DNA of 64,000 bases, taken from the NCBI GenBank assembly GCA_030704615.1, contig CM060733.1:35402001-35466000 (forward strand), read 5' to 3'. The stretch is from Takakia lepidozioides. Taxonomy: Eukaryota; Plantae; Bryophyta. Under the pieces are notes generated by a model. It did no database searches. It was not told where the DNA came from and worked only from the letters and a program-made list of their open reading frames with translations. Shown one piece after another: positions 33,690-46,130 of this stretch. The position numbers and the translations under genes were made by a program. Numbering within the stretch: the stretch's first letter is position 1; each line of letters opens with the position of its first letter.

Positions 33690-35358
33690 AGGACAATATG
33701 CATTACCCTCCAGTCGACTATTTCTTTTCTGTCAATCCAAACGATCTGCATTCCCTTCTTTGGGGACCGAATGGATGTCGGCCAGGATACCACGTCCTGG
33801 TTCTGGACATCGGTTACCTTTGTGAGGTTTACCTAGAGGATGGAAAGAAAACCCCTCCTGCCACCCAGCCTTGTATCTCCATAGGGAAATTCAAAGTTAG
33901 CTACGCAAAACGGTCTTGACCAATTCGTTAAGTGGGCCGTCAAAAAATTTACCGTTTATTTTTGGAACACGGGACCTAAAATGAACCTCGAGACTATCGC
34001 CAAGGCCGTGTTCGGGAAGTATTATTCCCAGGTCAGAACTTACAGCAATGAGAATTCCCTCATGCATAGATCGACATTCAACGAAAAGTGGCCTAAAGCT
34101 CCCAAAAATCCCATCTACTTTAAACGTCTTTACGACATTTTCGCTGAGGAAGACCCGACAGCTTACAAATCCAATACTCTCCTCATCGACACTATAGATA
34201 ATATGTACAAGTCTTACTTGAACCCATTAGGACATACCATCTTCCTTCCATCTTCCTTCCAAGGCGCACGTGGACCCTGACAAAGATAAATTTCTACTGG
34301 AAGAGCTCAAGCCTCACCTTAACATGTTCCGGTTATCTGGGATGGATGTCATGTCATTCAACGAGCTACATCCTTTCAGCGTTACGAAGGATTTCTTCGA
34401 GGACGACCTAACGGTCAAATTTCTTAGATACTTTGATTATAGGTGGCAGAAGTTCCTTAGCAATCACGAGTTGCATGCCGCTGCATTGGGACATAAAATA
34501 TTTTAATTGAGTTTGGTGAACCTCGGCTGTCCAGTGGATGTTCTTGTTCACTTGTCTGGTGTCAGTTTTTCCAATGCATTGTACTGTTCCATTTTATCAT
34601 CCTAAGTATGAATGACTCTCTGGCAGATTGGAGCACCTGTTTCTCCTCCTGCGCAAGGGTTGCGTTTGATTATTTTTGACGTGAATGGAGTCTTGTGCAA
34701 AATCTTGAAGCACCAGAAGAGCTACAATGTCCCCCGGTTTTCAGAATCGGACTACATAATTCCAGCTCTTGTCAGATTTCGACTTGTCTTTAGATGGGAG
34801 AAATATCGCAAAGTGTGGACAGAGTTGCACAAACACTTCCCGTTAGGGATTTGGAGCTCTATGATGTACAAAACCTTGCAGCCCATCCTGGATTTTTTGC
34901 TTCGTGGTCTCCCTCAACCGGCCTTCGTTATGTCTCAAGAGGATTGTATTTCATGTCCTACTTCGGTTCACCCTCAATTCAAATCAGGATTGGACCCTCC
35001 TCATTTGTTTTTGAAGACAATGGTCAAGGTCTGACAAAGATTTGGTGGACAATACACCAAGAGTAACACTCTGCTCATTGACGACACCGCCATGAAGTGT
35101 GTATTGAACCCGCCCGACTCATGTCTTGTTCTCAAACTGTTCCAGACCGTGGAGACTAATGGTTGCTATCTTCTCAAGGTTCTTCAGACCTATTTGTTTG
35201 GAATAAAGAAACATCCGATAGTTTCAAGCTATCTTAGGAAAAAAAGGATAGGGTTGAGTTTTTTTCCCAATGTTTCAAACGATCCCAAGTTTATGCCACT
35301 CTGGGATTTTATTGAGGACAACGGTTTTAAGAGTCTCAGATATGATGTTTCAAAATAA
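33690..35358 (+). pseudogene. Two tandem degenerate FCP1/NIF-type HAD phosphatase-like domains
   Basis: The second domain reads LIIFDVNGVL...LGIWSSMM...FVMSQEDC...FLK...YTKSNTLLIDDTAMKCVLNP. The first reads VLVLDIGYL...YFKRL...YKSNTLLID...KSYLNP. Both have internal stops or frameshifts. Confidence 0.65.
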
Positions 35359-37854
35359 ATTATTTTTTATCAATCCCATCTCACTCGAGCTATTGAATAT
35401 TTTCATGGTTTCTGATTTCCATTGCCTTGTAATCACACACGTGTTAGATATGGTACTCTTATTTTTACTCATTTTCTATTGAATTCTTAACGCACATTCC
35501 GAGCAATCCCAAGACTCTGATACAGGCCTTCATACGGGGACATGACTATATGTAGTGACCTCCACTGTTCAGTGGAGGTTCACATTCCTGCACTCTCGGA
35601 TTTATGATTATGTCTCTTTGGCAGGTTGAAGAAGATGTTGATGACGTCATCGGTTCCTCAAGTCCCCTAAATGAACCCTCCAGATCAGTAGTGAGTCGGA
35701 GTATTGAAGGCTTTCCGAGGGTTCACGATGGTGCTCAAATTGAGGGTGGATCCTCAGTCAGACCCTTCTCCTCCCGGGAAGCGGGCGACACTCTTCTCTT
35801 CTCGGGTCCTCCTGGGTATAAAGTCCAAGGTGTAGGTGAAGAACAGAAATATCCGGAAACTTTATCGACCTTACCCAACATTCCTCACCCTCTATGTTCA
35901 GTACGCAGGCTCTGGTCTATCCAACCCGCAGGGCAACCGTCGGGGACTCGGCTACGGCTCCGCTGCACCTAGTTCCATCTCTTCCTCGTATATCTCTCCA
36001 CCACAAGGGTTGAACAGCCCAAATCCGCAGAAGTCAGGTGACTTAAACTCATTTCTCCCTCCTTGCTCATTCTCCTAGTTTCACTTAGTTTGGGGTTTGA
36101 TATTCATTTGTCGCTCCAGGTCAGAAAATGTGCAGATTATGACCTTCATGTCAAACGACGTCTGCATTGGAATGCAGTTTTGAGGTAAATTATTCCTTTG
36201 TTGCGTTTTCATTCCATCCAAGATGTCAAGTGCTCAAGGGATAATTTTCTGTGCTTGCCTGTTGTTGCCCTTCCACTCCTCCCGTCGTTCAATGGCAAAA
36301 CATCTCCAACATCGACATAGTGTGACCCTGAACTTCAGGCACAATGTTCTGCACCAAAGAGGCGAAAAAGAGCCCCTGAGCCATTTCCTTCCTCCGTAAG
36401 AAATCTTTCCAATGGACAAAAGGCTGACAAGAAAAAAAGAGCGGACTCCAAACACATGAGGACTCCCTCGGATGTTGTGGCGCCTCGTCAATCCAAGCCT
36501 GCGGGAATCCACTGTTCCTTTGCGAAACCTTCAATGGTAATTTCAAAACCATTTCTCCACTTTCGTTTGCAGTTTGTTTTGCGGTCCCAAACTAACTCCG
36601 TAATTTTTATACAAGTGAGTATGGAGCCGCAGAACTTCTTGAATGCGCCTCTTGACAAGGTGCGTCCACTAACCTCCACTTGACAGCTGACGTTCATCTT
36701 TTCATGATCTTGAACTCTTCGATATATGGTCTACTCTTGGTCCTTTACATTGTCGGGACACTTATATCTTGGTGTGCACACATATTGCCTTTCAGGGCCC
36801 AAGGGCAATCACAGCAAGCCCACTTTGAGTCGGGATTGTGAATTATGAACGTGTCACCCAAATGTCGATGACATTCAACTGTTGCGGGGCCTCCGGGTGT
36901 ATCGGGCAGAGTCACGTTCTCATCAGGAATGTGTTTGGCAAGCAATATGGAACTACAAATAAATCCCTCTTGCCGTTTGTTTCGAGCAAATCCATAAGCC
37001 TTTGCATGAGACATGTACCAATAATGGGTAAAGACATCACCTGTCAATTTTGAGATGACCCAGTCAACCCCCCTACTAGTAAGGACACTTTTGGTACACT
37101 TTAGTTGCGCTTTAAGGTTCCCATGATAAGCTTCAATTGCAGCATTAGTATCTTGAGAGGCATGGGGAATGTTCCGTGTTCCGGTGATCCACATTTTAGC
37201 TTTGGGAAGCCACTCGGTCTCCATGTAGTTGCAAAAATCAGGGGGATGCTTCTGCGTGAGCCTGAGCATGTGAGCGCAGCTAGGCTCACGCCATGTCAGC
37301 AGTTATTGTCACGTTGGCTCACGGGTCTGACGCCATGTCAGCAGACCTTACCAGCGTGGTTGACGCCACATCATTTCCATAGGCACAAACCTATAACCGT
37401 GGACCGAATAGGCAAAAGGGTGCCTATAGCCGCGGACTTGCGCATTCGGGACATAGGGAACCATATGTGGGCGACGAGGCGAAGTGCAGAAGAGAGCTTA
37501 TACTGAATGTTGCTGAATGATTGTGTTTGCAGAGACCGAATATAGAAGAATGGTTGTGGATGAATTAATGAGGATGACGGAGAGTCAACACGCTCCGAAT
37601 ATGGATGAATGTGGATGTATGAGAGTGGATGAATGTTGAATGATGATGTCATTCTAACATTTATCTGAACCAAGCACAACAATCAATGTCGTTTGCACAA
37701 ACATCACAAATTGGAGAAAATCCCTCATGAAGCACATGATAAGATTTAAACCATGATGTCTGCCATTTGGGGAAGGTAGACTGATAAAGCAACGTAGAAT
37801 AAGACAACACAGCAAATGTGAGACAGATCTTTGATTTTTTTTATTTTCTCCCAC

Positions 37855-38265
37855 TGGTTACTGCAACATTCCACTGTGCAGCACGCTCCACTTTCGCTTT
37901 TCTCTTCAGTGTCGACACATAGTGAGCCATTTCAGCACCATACTTCCTGCAACACACCAGATCACCACCCTAAATTGGCACTGGACTGAAAATGTGACCT
38001 AGTCGCCTTGCCAGTGAGGTACAATTTGCTCATCTCTCTTGAGAGAGCACTGAAATTTTCAAGCTTATTCATTAGTTGTAAGCATACCCATTAGTTGTAA
38101 CAACATATTAGAAGATGAATTTGGCTACCGGTTGTGCATGAGGAGGAGTTTTAGGTCTTTCACATTGTGCACCAAAAATTTGACGAAACCACTAGGCAGC
38201 ACATGTTTTGTCTTCTTGTTTGACCCATAACCAATGTTAGGCATTTGTGTGGTGCCCTTGAACAT
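37855..38265 (-). pseudogene. RPL32: Captured 60S ribosomal protein L32 fragment (two exons with intron)
   Basis: [45 protein letters not shown], then the GT-AG intron 38128-37947, then KYGAEMAHYVSTLKRKAKVERAAQWNVAVT. Confidence 0.9.
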
Positions 38266-39749
38266 ATGAGGTTGAGCATGAACAAAGACGTCGTGCAAAG
38301 GAATTGCTTCCAATATCCTGCCACCCAAATTACATTTATTGCATTAGCTAATGTGAAAGGCATGGGGGGGCACATGCTATAACTGGGAAGTGAACACCAA
38401 ACGAACTTACTCACATGTGAAATTGTCGTCGAGGTCCTTGTCATCTCCCTCATTGATATCAACATGCACTACAACCTCCTGCTCTTTGGTGGCAGGCATT
38501 AGCCTTTGCAACTCTTGGAGGCTCAGTAAAAATGGCCCGCTGCCTTGCAAGCATGGTACGAAGCTCCTGCAAGAAACAGTTGTGTTACTAAGATGTTACA
38601 ATTTGTGTATCAAGGGAAAAAAGACCACAGAAGGTAAGATGTCGAACCTGTTCCAAGAGTCAGGTCGACGATGCACGCCCCCGGATGGGAACGTGTCTCA
38701 ATAATAGTTTGAATAAAAGTTGGACTCTTCTCCTTGGCCCCTCTCCACAACGACGCAATGGCGTGAGCCTTACGCGTGAGCGTACGCTCACGTAGGAGTG
38801 ACGTGGCGTGAGCGTGATGTCAGCAGGCTGATATGGCGACAAATGCTGACGTGGCACTGCGCTGTCATCTGCCATGTCAGCATGAACATGCGCCGCCTAT
38901 AACCGAGGATGGTCCTATGACCGTGGGATTAATGCAGGGAATCCTTGGCTGAATACAATCAAGACTACCATGTGAGACGTCGTGCGATTAGTACCAGCCA
39001 TGGCCTCGATCTCGTTATGCATGTGTTCACAACAAACGTGTCCACCTCGCAAAGGCACATTTGTCCTTTCGGCAGTGGCCGCCGTCTTGAACTAGTTAGG
39101 TATGGCCATTAGTAGTACTATTGCTTGGTGATAGATTCGATTTGGATTTTGTGCAACCCTGCACTCAATATTGCATTGTCGGTTTCCACGTGTCTCAACA
39201 AGTTGGGATGACATTGGATTCCAATACTTTCGTCTCCGCCATCTTTTCACTTGGCTCGATACAGGCACATAACTGCTTAACAACTGTTTTTGGAAGACTC
39301 TTTAATGGTATGTCATCTTTTCAAATATCTGGGTTTAGGCTCAACCTTCCATATTAACGGTTTGGGACATAGAAGACGATGACAAGATGGCCTCGTTAGT
39401 ATCGGTGCGAACTCTAACGGCATAGAAATGTAATCCCCACTATCGTTTGTAACAAGAATCCACACACAAGTCATGGGACTATGTACTTTGAGGCTTCCAG
39501 TGGCTCAAAATTTCTCGTGCACCAGCATGGGTTCCTCTAAAGCAGAGTTTTACTCTGTCGAGAAACCTATCCATTTCTTGAAGGATGCCGATGATAATGG
39601 TTTTGCAATTGCGGAGGAACATCTCCTAGCAACACGTTTCGAGTACCAGATTGGCACTGTCTTCCTCGAAAGAGAGGTTTACGGTATCAACGGGAAGTTG
39701 ATCAAAAACGAGCTCTACAGTAACAAATGAGATACCGGGAGTTCTTGCG

Positions 39750-40978
39750 GGGTGGCGTTGGTGGCAATGGTCCCGACAAGTCTGAGTTGAATGTTGCAAG
39801 CTACAAGAAGATCGGGGGATCCCAACAAGATAGCCAAGGCTGTCAGCATGTGTGCGGAGGGAGCTCCTCTGGTGTCCAAAGTTCTGCATGTGGAGGGTGA
39901 GGAGAGATTCGGCTCTTGTACACAGAAATTGAACACCCCTCTTGGTTCGGATGCGGACTCGCACAGGCCATACAGGGACAACTTCTCCACTCCGCGTGTT
40001 CCATTGCATCAGATATTTGTTTTTGGAATGTCCAGTGTGGAGGAACATTCCTTACAAAGCTAGACCCAGGCATCTCCCATTGTAAATGCAATGGGAGGGC
40101 AATGGGGTGCAGGAGTCGAACGACGTCCTCCCCAATGTGGTGGAGTCCATGTGCCCTGACAAAGTTTGGCACATAGAACGCACTAGTGTTGGGTCTCGAG
40201 TGAAGTGCACGGCAATCAGAGCCACCAATCGTGAGAAGTGAAAGTCCTCCATATCCAGAGGCAAGGTCCGCACTCCGGCTCTGACCTTCACTGGTTTGTT
40301 CTAGCCTTATGGGCAAGCAGAGGCGAAGAACTACTCATTCTGGTTCTGCCTTGACGACTGTGGTAGGTGCGTGCGTGAACTGTGCGTCCATCGGTGGTCA
40401 TGAGGTCTCCTCCACCAAGCATTTGGCCTGTGAAGGTGGGGACACATCTCACAACTCAAGAGATTGTCATGTTGGAGGAGGCATGCTTCTCCCTTCAGCG
40501 AGCCCCCTCTATTCATGCAGGTGCTTCTACTTCAACAAGTTCTCGAGTGCCACCACCCAACGCTGATGCATGGCCAACAAAACAAAATGGGAAGCTAGTT
40601 CGTCATTTCCCTCCGACTGCCAAACACTTCGGCAAGGTGGAATCCGCTCGAATGCTTCAAGGTCGTGTTATAGGCACTACGGAAGTTCCACATCCCGGGT
40701 ATGGACAAATCTACACTATGATGACCTCCACATCCGCTATGCATGACTGATTGTACGACATCACAGTTTCAAATTTCCCCAACTGCACCTGTCTTGATTT
40801 TGTTGGCATGCTTACAACAAGTTTGGGAAAGACGGGAAAATTTATACCCTGCAGGAATCTGTATTTTATCTTCTTGAACAGAATGGTTTGTGATCCCAGA
40901 CGCGACATCTTCATTCACCAGGCCACCATGAGTTTCAACGAGGTGAATACACTTATGCAGCGGGATAGGAGCACATAG
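39750..40978 (+). pseudogene. 3' remnant of a family-B MULE transposase
   Basis: MLQATRRSGDPNKIAKAVSMCA...WPVKVGTHLT...NCTCLDF...FIHQATMSFNEVNTL is closely similar to 25070-26171. Confidence 0.88.
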
Positions 40979-43408
40979 CATCCTCTTCACTTTGGTCATC
41001 TGCAATTTCCATTACTGGATTTCACAAGAATTAAAACTTGAACTTGATGTCCCTTTGTATATTTAGTGCCAGTGCAGCCTCCAATTATGTTGTGCAATGT
41101 GTGCCATTTCTTTGTGCCATTTCTATATTGTGTGTAGTCGTTCGAAAATAAATGGAATGGATGCAAATGCTTTCACAAGTCGTTCCTGCATTTTAATTTT
41201 TGGTGTTTTGGATGAATGAATGCCACGGCTATAGGCCCCTCGGCTATAGGTGCTATATGTTTATGATGACATGGCATCTGGCAAGTTGTCCAAATGCCAC
41301 GTCATTCAGACGACTGCCACGTCAGCATGATAACGACATGTCAGCAGGCCCTTGCCACGTCAGCCTCACGCTCACGCCACGTCAGCGTGACCCCACGCTT
41401 ATGCCACATCAGCTGGTGTGAGCCTGCGCTTACGCCACGCCACGCCACCATCGTGTGAGCGTACGCGCTCACGCTCACGCGGAAGTGATCACGTCCCAGA
41501 AATCAGTCTCAGAAGGATACTTCTCCTACAATGAAATTATCTTGTATACTACCCATGCCTCACCTACGTCATACATGATTTGTGCAAGGTCCTATAACAC
41601 AGCCACACGTACTGCTGCATCTTTGACCTTGTTGACTACATTCTTTTGCCAAGCCCGCCTCACATGCCACAAGCACAAGAAAATTGCACAATCCCCCCAT
41701 ACAGATATGTTCCTTATCAGGTTCAAGTTAGATAAAACACATTTACATGCAGGCAATGACCAAGCAATTGTTTTGTAAACTTGCAGGTACGTGATGGCTG
41801 TAATTTCTGCATCTGCATTGTTGACAATAAACACATTGGGGCGCCAGTCGACTTTCCTGGCTTTCATTTGGTAGTTCAGTGCCTCCATCCAAGGTTGCAG
41901 ATCTTTGGTTTTGCACCTAGCCATGGTAAATATACGCGACTGGAATTCCATTCAGCCATTCATCAAACACCATCATGGTGTACAATGGATACTGCAGCAG
42001 CAATCATGTAAAACAGATGTTATAAATTTTGATTTGCATATGGAATGTACATGTTATGATGTAAAGTGAATTTGCAGGTCTTCTTATACACATTGCATCA
42101 GAATGAAGTTCATTTTTTTTTTTCATTTGTCCGAAAGTTGCATCGCACGCCACTATTTGCTAATGTCCATGGTTCACCATCTGTTTTTTCTGCCATTCAG
42201 TTTGTATGCCCAGCCAACACAAATGGGAGGTTGAGTTTTCTGTCATTGGAAGTCCATGCAAGGTGGTTCAATTCTTCTTGGTAGTAGAAAACACTATGTG
42301 GGTTGGTCTCCACCCACATGCAGACACTACATGCATCATTTGAGTGTTTTTTGAATGTTTCTTCATCACATTTGTTGGCAATATTCTGGATGTTCCATGA
42401 AAGGAGGAAAGTATTACAGTTGACCTCCAATCCAACATCCATCATCTCCTTTACCCGCTGCGTATGCTTCGCCATTATTTTGTTGATGCTTAGCCCTAAC
42501 CGCAAGTTGTGCATTACCCATGCTTTCGTGTCTTCACTGACGTGGGGAGCTAATGCAACACATCCAGTTTCATATGCATGCCCATGACATATCTCTCCAG
42601 CTCCATTGACGTATCTCTTCTCGTAATATACCAACTCTGCAATTTCAGGGTCAACATAGCATTGCTTCACTACAAACCGACACACACATCCCCTCTTTAT
42701 GCCCTCCCCACATTTCGTTTTTGAGGTCATCATTTGTTTTGGTTTTTGCTCGCTGGCAGATCCCACAAGTCTTGGCTTTCTCCCGTTCTTCTTGGGAGGT
42801 CGTGGTTTCCATTTCTTGGCTGCCATGGTGGAGGTTACCTCCAATAGGGTAGTCATCTTGTCCTCTGGCCCATATGAGCAGTGATGCCTACGAAAGAAAC
42901 CATGGTACATTACTCATACTGCAATGGAACAACTCCAAGACTCATACAACAAGGGGCCCCCAATGATGACACAAAATAGTACTGTATTACATGGAGTTCA
43001 CATAGTTTTACCTTGTTAGACTTAAGGCACTATTTGTGCGTGGAGCGAGGAGTGATCCATGAAAGTGCATGGTCCATCGGGGTGGGATGATTCCCCAGTT
43101 ATGAAATCATTCACACGACTCCATGGAATGTAGGCCACTTCAGCGTTGTCTTTACCGGAAGGGATACTATGCCATTGATAACGCCATTGTAAGACATTGT
43201 GATTGAAAGCACATGCGTTCGGAGATTGCACTTGATTTCGAAGATTCGAAACAAGATGGGGGACAACTTGGGGGATAAGCGGGGATCACTCCCAACTGAC
43301 TCTTTATCACCAAAACCTACCGAATCTGTAAATCCTGTGCCACCTAATCCTACTGTCTCTCTTCCGTCGTCATCTTCCGACTCAGGGGAGGAAACTATAT
43401 CTAGATAA

Positions 43409-45493
43409 TTGAAAGATACTGATTCAGGTGTCACAACGACGGTAGCTGTGCCGATCGTAACCCTAACAGATGACGTGACCAACACGACAACTCTAGATGT
43501 GCATGAACAACCACAATCTAATTCTGCTCCATTACGACCACCATCCACGAGGATAGTGATCAGGCCTACACGCCTAAAGGACTATATTGTTGGAGTTGCA
43601 GAAGTTACAGAAATCGCCGAGCCTTCAAACTTTCATGAAGCCTCTCAATCTAAGGGATGGCGCAAGGCGATGGAGAAGGATATTGAGTCCATTTACAAGA
43701 ATGAGACCTGGAGTTTAGTTGATCTGCCAAAGGGAAAGGTTCCTATAATAGCCAAGTGGGTATATAAAATGAAGGAAGGTCCAGGTGGAGTCGCTCACAC
43801 TTTGAAGGCACGCATCGTGGCAAGGGGGTTTGAACAGCAAGCTGCAATCGATTTTGAGGAAACATTTGCACCTGTGGTAAAGTGGCCAACCCTGCGAACT
43901 CTTATTGCTCTAGCTGCTAGGAAATTGCATTATCTAGATGTAAAAACCGCTTTCTTAAATGGGGACTTAAAAGAAGAAGTGTTTTTGGAGCAACCATATG
44001 GGTTTGTACTAGCTGGCAAGAGCACAAGGTTTGTACGCTTAAGAAGGCACTTACGGACTCAAACAAGCCCCTCGGGCTTGGTACGAAAAGATAGACGACT
44101 ACCTCAAGAAACAAGGCATGCATAGGAGCAACGTGGACTACAACCTCTATTATTTCATAGAAGACGGAAAACTGGTTATCTTAGTCATGTACATTGACAA
44201 TATGTTGATAACAGGGAACAACACGTAGAAAATAGACCGGTTGATTTCACAGCTTCTAAGTCGATTTGAGATGACCAACCTCGGAACCACGGGGTACTAC
44301 CTGCGAATTGAGTTTTTGTATCTTGATATAGGAATCTTTATGACTCAACGTGGGTATGTCATCAAGCTGCTACTGGAGTTCGGCATGCAGGATTGCAATC
44401 CCTGCCAAGTACCAATGCACGCAGACACCAAACTTATGGCAGATATGGGTGCAGAGAAGGCTGATGGAACCACTTACAGACACATTGTGGGCAAGCTTAT
44501 ACATTTAACTCATATAAGGCTAGATATTTCTTTTTTTTGTGGGTGTAGTCAGCATGTACATGTCTGAACCACAAGTCCCGCACATGAATGCAGCACAACA
44601 AATTCTTCGATATTTGAAGGGGACAACACACTATGGCATTCTATTTGAGAAGGGAGGTTCCACCATAGTTCAGGGTTTTACCGATGCAGATTGGGCCGGG
44701 GATGCTGAAAATAGAAGGTCCACCTCTGGTTATCTCTTTCAACTCGAAGATTGCCCCATTACATGGCGGCAACCTACAGTTGCTTTGTCGTCGACTGAGG
44801 CTGAATACAGAGACAATATGGTTGAACACGTTGGCAAAGGAGTTGGGCTTTAAGAGCCATGAACCGACACAGATTTATTGCGACAATACGAGCTCTCTCA
44901 AGATGGCACAAAATCCGGTTTTTCACACTAGAATGAAACATATCGAAGCAGGTTCAACAGGGACATCTCGACGTTGTTCATGTTGCTTCCGGGGTCAAAT
45001 AGCCGACATCCTAACCAAACCACTTGGAAGGGTGAAATTTGAAGAACTGCGAGACAAGCTTGGAGTTCTCTTTCGAGCATTCATACACACAAGACAAGCG
45101 AAGATCGTGCTAATCATATCGTGCTAATCATATCGTGCTAATCTAACGCTGATCTCTCACACTAACGCCATTGCTATAGAATAGTTCAGTTTTCTTTTGG
45201 TAACATAAGCATCTTTTAGAGAGCACTTGGGGTGTGAGGGGAGGTGTTGGTGTAGTTACTATTATCACACCCTCAATAATTGGGTAGCTACAGGACTCTT
45301 TTAGTTTTAGATAAGCAGACAAATTATGGTCACTGACCAGAGCATGTTCCCCATCATGTTTATAGGATCAGCTAGCTGTGTTTATCTCTTATCCATCTAG
45401 GGACCAATTAGATTACACGGCCACTCCGTTAAGATTTGTGGCCCGCTGTGTTTGTATTCAGTTGACTCAATCTATTATACAAAACCCGCAACA
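43409..45493 (+). mobile_element. Ty1/Copia remnant: degenerate RT and RNase H, PPT and 3' LTR (45245-45493)
   Basis: Motifs are WRKAM...NETWSLVDLP...KARIVARGF...ETFAPVV...LDVKTAFLNG, YID, FTDADWAG...RRSTSG, SSTEAEY and IADILTKPL. The purine tract at 45229-45244 is followed by TGTTG...CAACA. Confidence 0.9.
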
Positions 45494-45888
45494 CCGATGG
45501 CACTGAGTAGTTGCTTCAAGTTCTTACAACTACTCAAAGTGAGAAGTGGAGCTGTGGTAAGTCCAATTTGGGATCAGAGCAACAGAATGTCTTGCTGCCT
45601 TCCCCAGGAGCAGCAGCTGCTCGCCCCACGTCCATCCTCCTGAAAATAACGACCTGGATTAGCAGCGCAGGTATATTGTAAATTAAAACAGAAGGAAAAA
45701 GTAACCTTGCTATGGGCAGTGAAGGCTTACAGGGGCGGAACCGAACCTCAGAAAGACAGAGAAGGAGTGCACGAAGAGAGAGGACATTCAGCCACAACAG
45801 CGCTGTGAGGGAAAAAAAAACCACGATCACAACTCAAGTGGAAAGTCCTGAAACACTTCAGAAAGGAGAGACACGAAAGTTGAAGTAA

Positions 45889-46130
45889 CTCAGCGTCCGG
45901 GAAATAATTTCAGTTGAACCAGCCAATGGCCCCTCATTCTGAGAACCAACCGGCTAAGTGGGTTGGGGAGTCAGTTGCTTCCCCTTAATGGTAACTGCAA
46001 TAGTCAATTTCCTATGTGAACATACTCGGTAAATTTCCGAAGGTTTCAATTTTCACTCGGAAATCCTCGAAATCAGTCGGCTAGCATGTAACTGGCTGCC
46101 GGTTCTCCCCGTTGGTTGCACGAAACCACC
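45889..46130. repeat. Dispersed repeat with an inverted homologue at 55480-56203
   Basis: cagtcggctagcatgtaactggc-gccggttctcccc and actcagcgtccggga...gttgaaccagcca match the reverse complements at ~55500-55540 and ~56160-56203. Confidence 0.6.

Larger units (their letters stand above)
37242..41497 (+). mobile_element. Non-autonomous MULE / Pack-MULE (family-B-like ends), 4.26 kb
   Basis: The inverted ends are GGG..CTTC(T/C)GCGTGAGC(C/G)TGAGC with CACGTCAGC-rich subterminal repeats. The TSD is AAAAATCAG (37233-37241) / AGAAATCAG (41498-41506). A second left-end-like block lies at ~38755-38925. Confidence 0.8.
36488..43231 (-). pseudogene. Second-type MULE/SWIM transposase (plant SWIM zinc-finger type), interrupted by the 37242-41497 insertion
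   Basis: Motifs include VAYIPWSRVNDFITGES, CSYGPED, RGCVCRFVVK...CHG, FIVNNADAEI, LCLWHVRRAW, DTNAAIEAYHG and SWIM CDCPWALKGNMCAH. The frame EKYPSETDFCNYMETEW is restored across the insertion. Confidence 0.85.
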
